From positions 1 through 64,000 of the forward strand of contig CAZWDO010000010.1 in NCBI GenBank assembly GCA_964632485.1: a stretch of 64,000 bases of DNA, read 5' to 3'. Positions 1-9,096 of this stretch are shown one piece after another. The position numbers and the translations under genes are program-made. The notes beneath the pieces were generated by a model, which had not been told where the DNA came from, did not search any database, and was given only the letters and a program-made list of their open reading frames with translations. The DNA is from an uncultured bacterium. GTDB lineage: Bacteria; JAGOEH01. Each line of letters starts with the position of its first letter. Position 1 is the stretch's first letter.

Positions 1-5
1 AACCC

Positions 6-302
6 ATGACATATTTAACAAGTTTTGACGAGATCATTTTGCAGGAGAAATACGAGCAGGGATTGAAGGAGGGTAAGTTGGAAGGTAAGTTGGAAGGTAA
101 GTTGGAAGGTAAGTTGGAAGGAGAAATAAGGGGGAAGTTGGAAGGAGCCCGGGATGTGTTGATCAGCATGATGAATGCTCGTTACGGGGAGATACCTTCG
201 GAAACGATGTTAAAATTGAAGCGTATCCGGCAGGTGGAGAAGATAGAAGCGCTCGCGCGTCAAGTATTGGCGACGGAGGATATTCAACAATTAAAGCTAT
301 AA
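6..302 (+). CDS. C-terminal region of an Rpn-family/DUF4351-like protein (5' part probably lies outside the window)
   Basis: MTYLTSF...EQG(LKEG)(KLEG)n repeats followed by a small helical tail (ARYGEIP...IEALARQVL), typical of Rpn/PD-(D/E)XK nuclease C-termini. Confidence 0.7.
   Translation: MTYLTSFDEIILQEKYEQGLKEGKLEGKLEGKLEGKLEGEIRGKLEGARDVLISMMNARYGEIPSETMLKLKRIRQVEKIEALARQVLATEDIQQLKL
72..119 (+). repeat. 12-bp tandem repeat GGTAAGTTGGAA x4 (encodes GKLE)
   Basis: Four perfect copies read directly, with degenerate copies on either side; in frame within the Rpn-like ORF. Confidence 0.95.
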
Positions 303-400
303 GAAGAGTTTTGTTTTCAGTTGCGAGAATACAGGGTTAATACAATTTATTTTGAGAATGTAAGCGCCCGGAGTAAAAGAATATCGAGAACGAAGATACT

Positions 401-814
401 ATGTTGAATTCATTGGTTGATACCATCGCCAATCTACGAGGATTAACGGAAGGCATTTTTTCAGAATTGGCCGCGACGATTATTGTCGCCCTTCTTTCTG
501 CCATGTATTTTTTTTATATTGGTTTGTTACGAAAACGATCCATCCGAGCTATCGAGCAGAAAATCGAAGAAGCATTCCAAACTGCGGAGATTGATTCCAT
601 TACCGACATTCAGGCTTTGTTTGAAAATCTGCGTATTCGGTTATTGAGCATTAAAGAAAAACTCAATACTGAAAAGGAAAACGGGTTGATCGATAGTGAA
701 AAATATAAAAATGGTATTTTTTTTCATCGGAGGGGTTTTCTTGGTTGTTATATGGATGATAAAACCGGTACCTGTGAGCAAGATTGTCATTCAGTCCGGA
801 TGGTGCGCGAATGA
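401..814 (+). CDS. Hypothetical membrane protein (3' end doubtful)
   Basis: One TM segment followed by a helical region; overlaps the next ORF by 119 nt. Confidence 0.4.
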   Translation: MLNSLVDTIANLRGLTEGIFSELAATIIVALLSAMYFFYIGLLRKRSIRAIEQKIEEAFQTAEIDSITDIQALFENLRIRLLSIKEKLNTEKENGLIDSEKYKNGIFFHRRGFLGCYMDDKTGTCEQDCHSVRMVRE

Positions 815-1795
815 CACCCTGGAATTCGGATGGCGGCTTGCTTTGTCCGAGTCTCTGGAGCAATGTTCGGGACTGGAAGTGCTGGATGTGTTCAATGGCA
901 GCTTGCTATCATCGGTTAGGGATAGAATTGGCTTGAGGGTATCCTGCGATCTGTTGACCATACAAGGCAATGATTATCAATTGCGATTCATGCCGAACTT
1001 GCTCGCTGGGATTCTGCTGCGTTCATTAATCAACGCATGTTCCGACTTTTCTCCAACGATTCCACGCTCGAACTGTTTCATTTCAATAATGCCTGTTTGT
1101 TGGCTGAACAAGGTCAAATCGATGCCGCTCTGGCTTGTCTTGATTCAATGATGGATGAGGAGAATCATCCTGATGCAGGGAAAACCAAATCCCGGGTTCG
1201 CTGGCTCAAAGCAGAGCTCCTTCGGGAAAAACTCATAATAGACAGCGCGGATATGGAAACGCTTAAGTATCTTCAATACATTTCCTGTTACTTGATGGAA
1301 ATCGAGAGCTTCTCGCATAGTGATCCTTTCGAGAGAAAGCGATATTGGCCGCTGGCTAATTTATTTGCTCTCGATGCCTGGGCGCAGGAGTGGACCGATA
1401 AGAATCAGGCGCAAGGATTGCAATTGTATATCGATACCCTCTTGAGTCTGACACGGTTGGCTCCATTGACCCCTACGCCGTTTCATGCTCATTTTTTTAT
1501 AACTCGTTTTGCTTGCTGTCTTTATCGATTGGGAAAAGGAGAAGCTGCGCACGAACTCATTGATCGTGAGGTGTTTAGCCGCAACCCATTTTATCCCCCG
1601 GCACTGGCGCTTAAAACCGTTGGATTTATAACAGGCAATCAAGCCGATTCGGCCGCCTTTTATCAGTCGCGGCTTGATTCCGTATGCGGAGATAGAGCTT
1701 CCGTTTTTATCAATTCAGCGCGTCGTTGTCTGGGAATGGAACCAGCAAATCCATCTCAATCGGAAATCGGCAGCTCTGGACAATATATTGAATGA
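696..1795 (+). pseudogene. Probably frameshifted membrane-anchored TPR-like protein (ORFs 696-1151 and 1037-1795)
   Basis: First ORF starts with a signal anchor; the second frame is open from 974 and has TPR-like helices (LLAEQGQIDAALACL, LYRLGKGEAAHEL); frame switch near 965-990. Confidence 0.45.
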
Positions 1796-1831
1796 TGTAT
1801 TGATTGGCAAAATCCAGGTAAGGAGATAAAA

Positions 1832-2089
1832 ATGTTGATCCGTTTGAGCAACTTTTTTAGTTCCGGAGGCGTGGGCGGCAAATCTCAACCAGAAGACTGT
1901 GCGCTGATCAAATCCATCATAGCTGCCGAGGATAAGACGAAACCGCTCAGCGACGGAAAAAACAGCGCGATGTTTTAGAAATACAACGAGTTGCAGATCG
2001 CCCGCCGTACCGTGGCCAAATACCGCGAGCAAATGAGTATCCCCGGCGCCATTATCCGACGACGGCTGCTTCTCAACCACTCCGCCTGA
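1832..2089 (+). pseudogene. rpoN: Stand-alone sigma-54 C-terminal (RpoN-box) domain fragment with in-frame TAG at 1976-1978
   Basis: Manual translation: MLIRLSNFFSSGG...LIKSIIAAEDKTKPLSDGKNSAMF*KYNELQIARRTVAKYREQMSIP; exact RpoN box ARRTVAKYRE; AGGAG SD at 1821-1825; absent from the ORF track. Confidence 0.85.
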
Positions 2090-2309
2090 TTCTGAGAGCC
2101 CTAATTTTAGTTTTTTTTATCATGATCTGCTGGGGGTCAAGTCAACTCCCCATTTTGTAGTATGTTAGGGGTCAGAAGAAATCCTTACTTTCAGGGTAAG
2201 CCAACTCCCCAGTTTTGGGGGGGCGAATTAGGTAGCACTCTCCATTTTCATCTGATAAAAACATGCTTATACTTTAAATTGAAATTGTGAGTTTTTAATA
2301 AAAAAAATA

Positions 2310-2338
2310 TTGACAAATGATGTGAAAAATATTAAATT
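2310..2338 (+). promoter_or_regulatory. Putative sigma-70 promoter of the ABC/T9SS-cargo operon
   Basis: TTGACA-17 bp-TAAATT, with an A-tract upstream. Confidence 0.6.
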
Positions 2339-2390
2339 TAATAAATTTACTATTTTTAACCCAACCTAAACTCAAAAAAGGGGAAAAATC

Positions 2391-3920
2391 ATGACAAGAA
2401 AAATCTTTGTCGCTATCTCAATTTTAATGGTTTCAGTGGGAAGTCTCATCGCGCAGGCGGTATTTTCCGCCATGACTCCAACTGTCAATCCGTATCCAGG
2501 TAAAGTGCTGAGTTCTGACGTGGATAACCGCATGGTGCTGGATTTACTCTTTTGTCGGTTGTTTACCTGGAATACTAATGATGACATCGTTCCCGAGCTG
2601 GTGGCCAGCCATACCAGCCAGCAGGTGGGCAAGGATTTCGTTATCGACTTGACCCTGCGCAATGATTTTAAGTGGAGCGATGGTACGGCAGTGACGTCCA
2701 GTGACGTGAAGTTTTCCATGGATGTCTATAAGTCGCCGCAAAGCAATCTTTCCTCTCAGCCGGTGTTTCGCGTCCTCAGGAGCGTCCAGGTGGTCAGTCC
2801 CACGCAATTAAAAATTACGCTTAGCCAAAATGTGTTCTACGCGTTTGGCCAGTTGGGATTTTACATATTGCCGGCCCACAAATTCAGCAATGATCCCCAA
2901 AAGTATCTCGATATCGCTCAGGCCAGCGGCTTTCTAAATGCTCCAATTTCCTCTGGTCTTTATATACAGAGTAGAATTGGCAAAGCTTATAAATACAGTT
3001 TAAATACTAAAATGAGCAAGACATCCTCCTGTCTTATACAGGAAATGGAACGCCGGTTATTTTTAACTCCAGCAGCCATAGTGGCGGATTTAAATTCCAA
3101 AATCCCCGGAGCGCTAAATATTGCTCCCTATGTGGAGCTCACCTATCTACCGAGCCTTAATGCCAACAAAAATCTGACCCAATTCAAATGGGGCGGTTAT
3201 TCCATCAGTTTTCTGGCTTTCAATCACCGGACGGGCAGCGTCACCGCTAATGCGACATTGCGTAAGGCAATCTATACCGCGATCAATCGTCAGCAGATTG
3301 TCAGGAGCGATTTTCTAAATAGCTATACCGTGATCAATGGCCCCTTCCCGGCTGTTTCACCTAAATTTGACCCTACTATCAAAGATTATAAATATGATGT
3401 CGCTCAGGCGAAATCCCTGATAGCCGGCGCTTCTGTGACAAAAGAATTGCGGTTGATCGCGCCCAATACCGTTTCAACCCAGGAACAACAAGCGCTGGTC
3501 CAGATCAAGCAGTATTTGGAAGCGATTGGCATTAAAACCAGCCAAACCTTTATTTTCACTAAAAATGTTTATGAAGAAAAATTGAACAATGGCGATTTCG
3601 ATTTATACTATCAGACGATCTATTTTGATCATCTTTGTGATATTACCGATTTTTTCCTTAATACCGGTTCTCAGGTGGGCAATCAGAATTTTGCTCAGTA
3701 TCGGAGCGATCCGGTCAATAAATTGTTGCAGCAGGCGAGTTCGCTTTCAAATCCTGTTGAATATGCCAACGTTATGCACCAAATCAACCAGGTGTTAGTG
3801 GATGATGCTGCCTGGGTCTTTCTCTGGTCCCCGACTTCATTTGGTTTTTATAAGCAAAATGAAATTCAACGTTTCCTGCCGCATCAGATTTACTGTATGA
3901 TGTTTGTTTGTTCCAATTAA
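2391..3920 (+). CDS. Peptide/nickel ABC transporter substrate-binding protein (SBP family 5, OppA/DppA-like)
   Basis: Signal peptide; VPELVAS...LRNDFKWSDGTAVTSSDVKFS and LRKAIYTAINRQQIV family-5 motifs. Confidence 0.9.
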   Translation: MTRKIFVAISILMVSVGSLIAQAVFSAMTPTVNPYPGKVLSSDVDNRMVLDLLFCRLFTWNTNDDIVPELVASHTSQQVGKDFVIDLTLRNDFKWSDGTAVTSSDVKFSMDVYKSPQSNLSSQPVFRVLRSVQVVSPTQLKITLSQNVFYAFGQLGFYILPAHKFSNDPQKYLDIAQASGFLNAPISSGLYIQSRIGKAYKYSLNTKMSKTSSCLIQEMERRLFLTPAAIVADLNSKIPGALNIAPYVELTYLPSLNANKNLTQFKWGGYSISFLAFNHRTGSVTANATLRKAIYTAINRQQIVRSDFLNSYTVINGPFPAVSPKFDPTIKDYKYDVAQAKSLIAGASVTKELRLIAPNTVSTQEQQALVQIKQYLEAIGIKTSQTFIFTKNVYEEKLNNGDFDLYYQTIYFDHLCDITDFFLNTGSQVGNQNFAQYRSDPVNKLLQQASSLSNPVEYANVMHQINQVLVDDAAWVFLWSPTSFGFYKQNEIQRFLPHQIYCMMFVCSN

Positions 3921-3939
3921 TCGTTTAAAGGGGTGTATC

Positions 3940-4836
3940 ATGTTGAATCGCATTTATTATCAAGTGACCCTTTTGGGTAAATACCAAATCGTGGGTGAGT
4001 TTATTATTTATTTAATCCAGAAGGCGATCCGTTTTGTGTTTATCGGACTGGCGGCGATTGCCATGCTGGTTTTTTTTACGCAGTTAGTGCCGGGCAAGAA
4101 CCTGCCATTCTGGACGCAATTCTTTAACAGTCTAAAGTTTGATTTCGGCATCAGCAGTTGTTACGCTCCCTTACCAGTGAGCGAAGTCATTGCCGAGGGT
4201 TTGGCGACCTCCCTGCCGATCATTGGCGCCTCGATCGCGCTGGCGGTGATCATTTCCTGGCTAATTGCCAAATATACCGTTGAGAAGAAACTCACGGCCT
4301 ATATCATCCTGTTCTTGATGATTCTTTTTTCGTCCGCTCCGGCCTTTGGTCTGGCCGATTTTTTTCGTTCTATTTTAATGACCGAGTGGTTGGGCACACT
4401 AATCGATTATTTTCATCATCGCGATTTGTACAACCAGATTTTGGCGGTATTCGCCCTGGCGGTGGGGAATTGTTTGGTTATCGAATTGTTCCGTAATTTT
4501 CGCTCCATCCGTGAGAAAACCATGGGCAAGCAGTATAGCCGGGCCCTGGTAGCTCTGGGGATGAATCATGAGCGGGGCAGTTATAAAAATCGCGCCCTGC
4601 TTTATATTACCATCATTCTCTCCAAGTTCCCGATTATCATCGGTACCGCCGTAGTGGTGGAGCAGGCTCTGGATATCGGTCAGGGGATTGGTTTCATGGC
4701 TTATCAGGCCGCCCAGTTCCGCGATTTTTACCTTATCTCCGGCGTTGCTATCGTTGTCGTTGTGATTGTTTCGATCAATAATTTTATTTTATCGATTATC
4801 AATAAACTGGTCGATCGACGTATCGATCAAGTTTAA
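3940..4836 (+). CDS. ABC transporter permease (OppB/DppB-like)
   Basis: FDFGIS motif, multiple TMs, EAA-like YSRALVALGM, GIGFMAYQAAQFRDF; start moved to ATG 3940 after AGGGG. Confidence 0.85.
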   Translation: MLNRIYYQVTLLGKYQIVGEFIIYLIQKAIRFVFIGLAAIAMLVFFTQLVPGKNLPFWTQFFNSLKFDFGISSCYAPLPVSEVIAEGLATSLPIIGASIALAVIISWLIAKYTVEKKLTAYIILFLMILFSSAPAFGLADFFRSILMTEWLGTLIDYFHHRDLYNQILAVFALAVGNCLVIELFRNFRSIREKTMGKQYSRALVALGMNHERGSYKNRALLYITIILSKFPIIIGTAVVVEQALDIGQGIGFMAYQAAQFRDFYLISGVAIVVVVIVSINNFILSIINKLVDRRIDQV

Positions 4837-4845
4837 GGGGGGCTT

Positions 4846-5685
4846 ATGTATCAAAAGATTTTGAAACAGCCGAAAAAACGTACCTTGATTCATGAAGATC
4901 CATTGAAAAAGCAAAAAATCTGGGTATCGATTACAGCCCTGCTGTTGGTTGTGTTCTGGTTCATGCCGATGTTCCATATATGGCGCACGGGCGAGAAAGT
5001 GGTATTCAGTATGGACGGACAGTGGGAATTGGTGTGGAATAATTTGGTGTTGGGAATTTTAAATGGATTGCACGTCACTATGGGCGTATCATTTGGCGCT
5101 GCTTTGGTTTCCTGCATTCTGGGTGTCATTTTAGGCGTTTGGGCCGGCTATCGCGGCGGGCGGACCGAAAAAGTCATTGTCTGGCTCTTCGATTTTGTGG
5201 ATTCGTTCCCCAAGTTTATTGTGCTGATTTTCTCCCTAATGCTGATACAGAGCAAGACCGGTAGCGATAACTTGCTACTGGTGCTACTGGTTTGGGGACT
5301 GTTGATTTTCCCCTCGGTTGGACAGGTTATGTTGGAGCATATCCGCGACCTGCGTAAGGAAGAATTCATTCTCGGTGTGCGCGCTCTGGGCGTGAAACCA
5401 CGGCGGATTTTCTGGAAACATCTGGTCTGGGACGGATGCAAAAATATGATTTTCATTCAGTTCAGTTACTTGTTCGGTTGGTCGATCGTCATCGAAGCCT
5501 GCTTGAGCTATCTGGGAATCAACCGTAATTACGAGACCCTGGGTACGGTATATAAAGAAGTGGCTTCCAAACACTTTCTGGGATCGTTGATCCCCTTGTC
5601 CGTCCTGATCCTGCTGGTTTTTTTATTGAATTGGTGGGGTGATGTGTTGACCGAAAAATACGCCAAACACCGCGATGTCGTATAA
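4846..5685 (+). CDS. ABC transporter permease (OppC/DppC-like)
   Basis: GVWAGYRGG, EEFILGVRALG (EAA loop), IEACLSYLG. Confidence 0.9.
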   Translation: MYQKILKQPKKRTLIHEDPLKKQKIWVSITALLLVVFWFMPMFHIWRTGEKVVFSMDGQWELVWNNLVLGILNGLHVTMGVSFGAALVSCILGVILGVWAGYRGGRTEKVIVWLFDFVDSFPKFIVLIFSLMLIQSKTGSDNLLLVLLVWGLLIFPSVGQVMLEHIRDLRKEEFILGVRALGVKPRRIFWKHLVWDGCKNMIFIQFSYLFGWSIVIEACLSYLGINRNYETLGTVYKEVASKHFLGSLIPLSVLILLVFLLNWWGDVLTEKYAKHRDVV

Positions 5686-5701
5686 CAAGGAGAGTTGAAG
5701 C

Positions 5702-7639
5702 ATGGCGAAACATACAAATAAAATAACGTTTATGGAAAATCCAGCCAATTTGCTGGAAGTACGCAATTTGACCGGATGTGTCAAGATTCCCAAGGGTTTT
5801 TTATGGTTCCTGAATGACATTAGCTTTGATATCCAAAAAGGCGAAATCATGGGTGTCGTTGGCGAATCGGGGTCGGGAAAGACTCGGCTGGCTTATGGCA
5901 TTCTGGGACTCATTAATGACGTTCCCGGGGTAATTCGGGGTGATGTCCGTTACTTCGATCAAAAGAACAACCTCGTGATTGATATTAATGATGAGTATCT
6001 TAAACAGATTGGATTGGAACTCGATGATTCGGATGTGAAATCGTCCGTCAAGAACATTTCCGAAATCCGTATTCATGATTATATCAAACAGAACCGGGTC
6101 CGACGCGAAGCGTATCGTAAAGTGCGTGGGCGCGGGATTTCGATGATTTTTCAGGATGCCAAGGGCAGCATGAATCCCATTAAAACCGTCGGTTATCAGT
6201 TGATGTTGTGCCTGATCAATAATTCATCCCAGGATTGTACGCCGGCCTGGATAAACGGCTATCCACTATTTCAATATCTTTATTTGAAATTTTTTAAAAA
6301 AGAACTTTTTGGAAAATATAAACAGCAGATAATGAACTATCTGAATGCTGTCAAGCTGCGCGACCCGGACAAAGTGTTTGGCTCCCTGCCCTCTGATCTG
6401 AGCGGCGGAATGGCGCAGCGGGTGCTGATTTTGTTGGCGATCGCCTCTAATTCCTCAATCACTATCGTGGACGAACCGACCACCGGTCTTGATGCGGTGT
6501 TGCGACGCGAGATTATTGATCTATTCCGTCTTTTACAGGAAGACACTGTCAATATCGACCCGCAAAAGCAGGAAACGGGCGATCCCCTGCCCTATTATGA
6601 TTCTGTTTTGATTCGGGATGAAGCTGGCAAACCGCGCAAAAAGGATCGCGCTGTGATGCTGATTTCTCACGATATTCATTTGATTCCGCGTGTCACTGAC
6701 CGTATGATGGTGCTTTATGCCGGGGAGATCATCGAATACGGCCCTGTAGAGCATTTTCGCAATTGGTTGGAATTTATACAGGCCGATTCCCAAATCGATC
6801 TGGATTATATGAACAAATTAAAAAAATTGCGTCCCATTCATCCCTATACCTTGGGGCTTTTGCTTTCTAGTCCCGATGTGGACAAACTGGTGCTGATGAA
6901 GGAAATTATGCGCATCAAGGAGTGCCTGGTCGGCGCTGGACTGAATGCCGAATCGTCTGAGGAACTGGCAGAAAAAATTGATTTTCTGGCGAGGGTAATT
7001 GAAAATCCTACACCAAATAATGCGAAAAATGGCGAAACAAATGGCGCAGGAATTGTCGACGTGATTGAAAAGATCATGAGCTTTAAAGGCCGCAATAGTA
7101 TTGACCAACAAAAAAGAAGGTCACCGGCAGAGGACGAATATCATAATAAATTTGTTGAAGCCATTAAATGTGAATCTGAAGAGTTATTGGCCATGGTGCG
7201 GTTACGTAAAATGATTTCTGATTCCCTGAGCATTAATACCGTTCATGGCGAGGTTCCTGATCTGTCTGAACTACCCTCCGGATGCGCCTTTCATGCCCGA
7301 TGTCAGAGTTATGCTAATATTTGTGGCATATTGAACAAAGTCAACCATGGCTTATTACTCGATATTCCTCTCTCCCCGGAAAAGATCGAGATGTTCAAAA
7401 AAATGAAAAGTCTGTGCGATGGGTTGGAAAAGGATATTCATCCGCCATTGATTGAACTGACGGTAGATGATGAGATTCATCTCAATGACGTTTCCGGGCA
7501 GGCGAAAAACCGACAGCACCAGCTTCGCTGCTGGAAATACTGCCGCTCGAAGGACAGGAATTTCTATGATCTCTATTTCGAGTCTTTCGAATCGTTTCTC
7601 AAATCCAGTTTCGACAAAGAAATCAAACTTGACGCCTGA
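5702..7639 (+). CDS. ABC ATP-binding protein (OppD/DppD-like) with large insertions
   Basis: GESGSGKT, LSGGMAQR, IVDEPTTGLD, ISHD, HPYT, GCAFHARC. Confidence 0.92.
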   Translation: MAKHTNKITFMENPANLLEVRNLTGCVKIPKGFLWFLNDISFDIQKGEIMGVVGESGSGKTRLAYGILGLINDVPGVIRGDVRYFDQKNNLVIDINDEYLKQIGLELDDSDVKSSVKNISEIRIHDYIKQNRVRREAYRKVRGRGISMIFQDAKGSMNPIKTVGYQLMLCLINNSSQDCTPAWINGYPLFQYLYLKFFKKELFGKYKQQIMNYLNAVKLRDPDKVFGSLPSDLSGGMAQRVLILLAIASNSSITIVDEPTTGLDAVLRREIIDLFRLLQEDTVNIDPQKQETGDPLPYYDSVLIRDEAGKPRKKDRAVMLISHDIHLIPRVTDRMMVLYAGEIIEYGPVEHFRNWLEFIQADSQIDLDYMNKLKKLRPIHPYTLGLLLSSPDVDKLVLMKEIMRIKECLVGAGLNAESSEELAEKIDFLARVIENPTPNNAKNGETNGAGIVDVIEKIMSFKGRNSIDQQKRRSPAEDEYHNKFVEAIKCESEELLAMVRLRKMISDSLSINTVHGEVPDLSELPSGCAFHARCQSYANICGILNKVNHGLLLDIPLSPEKIEMFKKMKSLCDGLEKDIHPPLIELTVDDEIHLNDVSGQAKNRQHQLRCWKYCRSKDRNFYDLYFESFESFLKSSFDKEIKLDA

Positions 7640-7655
7640 GGGGGGAGAACGCTAT

Positions 7656-9086
7656 ATGGAAAAGAAAATTTTGTTGAATGTTGAAAATATGTTTGTGTGT
7701 TATCCCAAGCAAGTGGGAAACATTATCGATATCCGGGAACCCAAGAGCAAGGTGTTCGCTGTGGAAGACGTTAGTTTTCAAATAGACAAGGGCAAGATAT
7801 TTGCCCTGATCGGGGAGAGCGGTTGTGGAAAAACAACGTTGGGCAAGGCGATATTACGTCTCCTTCGTTGTAGCGTTCCACCGAACGGCGCCAAGACCAA
7901 GATCGAGTTCCGGGGGCGCGAGCTGTATTCTCTCAACAGTAAGGAACTTTTAAATGAGCGACGGTTTATGCAAATGGTGTTTCAGAACCCAAACGCAGCG
8001 CTCAATCCACACATGAAAATCGGGGAAATCATGCAGGAAAGCTTTAATGTCAAGGGTGGAAATTATTCCGAGCGCGATATCGTGGAATTACTCGACTCCT
8101 ATGGGTTGGGCGAGGAGAAAGATTATTATCCCTATCAATTGAGTGGCGGTGAAAAACGGCGCACTATTATCGCTCGCTGTATGGCGTTGAGTCCTGAACT
8201 GATTGTGGCCGATGAGATGACGGCTGATCAGGACAAAATCACCGAAGGTCAGATCGTGACCGAGGTCAAGGATCGCCAGATGCGTGAAAAAACAACCATA
8301 GTCTATATTTCGCACAATATCCATATTGTTTCCTATATGGCCGACTATATCGCCGTGATGTTCAAGGGTATCTTCGTACAGATCGGCCATGTGGAAAATA
8401 TCATTCCCGCCGATCTTAAAAAAATTGATTTTATTAAGGAGCCCTACGATCTGACAGCTAAACGAAACCTGTTGCCCTTGCATCCCTACACCAAGGAGCT
8501 AATCGGGCAATCGATGTATCGCAGCCAGGAAGCCAAGGGCGGAGTTTACCAGATTACCGTGAACAAACTCCCGGGGGAAATAGAGACCCAACGCCGCATA
8601 ATTTCTACGATCAAGAAGGTTGTGGATGTGGATTATTTGTATGATAAGGATTTGCGGCTGGTGATGGACAAAAACGGAAAACTGGCGCGGGAAAAATTGC
8701 CGTCTATGGCTATCCTGGTCGTGGCGTCGGCCCGCAAGAGCCTTGAGGAAATCGACGTGGAATTGGCAAAACTCTCCGGGGAAGTGCGTATCTCTGTTCA
8801 GAAGGCCAGCAATTTCGATGTGAGCGACGATTTTCTCAAAACTGAAAAACCCTGCCGCTACTTCAAACGCTGCAGCTTGCTGCGAATGCTCAAGGAAGGC
8901 GGCTATCTCTCTCCGGCTTGGACTGAGGGCCGTTCGATCTGCGAACAGCAGGAACCGGAATTGATCAAGTTGGACCCCTACGATGAAAGTATCAATGCCC
9001 ATTCAATCCGCTGCTGGTTTTGGAATTATTGGGATCGGGAGCAATGCCCCGGTTTCCAAAAAATGAATCAACCCGTTCAACTCTGA
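7656..9086 (+). CDS. ABC ATP-binding protein (OppF/DppF-like) with C-terminal insertion
   Basis: GESGCGKT, QMVFQNP, LSGGEKRR, IVADE, HPYT, CRYFKRC; start ATG 7656 after GGGGAG. Confidence 0.92.
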   Translation: MEKKILLNVENMFVCYPKQVGNIIDIREPKSKVFAVEDVSFQIDKGKIFALIGESGCGKTTLGKAILRLLRCSVPPNGAKTKIEFRGRELYSLNSKELLNERRFMQMVFQNPNAALNPHMKIGEIMQESFNVKGGNYSERDIVELLDSYGLGEEKDYYPYQLSGGEKRRTIIARCMALSPELIVADEMTADQDKITEGQIVTEVKDRQMREKTTIVYISHNIHIVSYMADYIAVMFKGIFVQIGHVENIIPADLKKIDFIKEPYDLTAKRNLLPLHPYTKELIGQSMYRSQEAKGGVYQITVNKLPGEIETQRRIISTIKKVVDVDYLYDKDLRLVMDKNGKLAREKLPSMAILVVASARKSLEEIDVELAKLSGEVRISVQKASNFDVSDDFLKTEKPCRYFKRCSLLRMLKEGGYLSPAWTEGRSICEQQEPELIKLDPYDESINAHSIRCWFWNYWDREQCPGFQKMNQPVQL

Positions 9087-9096
9087 GGAGCAACCC

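Noticed and set aside
72-119. Possible CRISPR-like repeat
   Set aside because: 12-bp head-to-tail coding repeat without spacers; no cas genes in the window
1976-1978. Pyrrolysine or recoded TAG in the rpoN fragment
   Set aside because: No pyl genes in the window, and TAG serves as a normal stop elsewhere (cheB, merR)
1715-2080. 121-aa minus-strand ORF
   Set aside because: Antisense shadow of the rpoN fragment
2090-2390. Sigma-54 (-24/-12) promoter near the mini-rpoN
   Set aside because: No TGGCAC-N5-TTGC match found by eye; a sigma-70-type promoter is present instead
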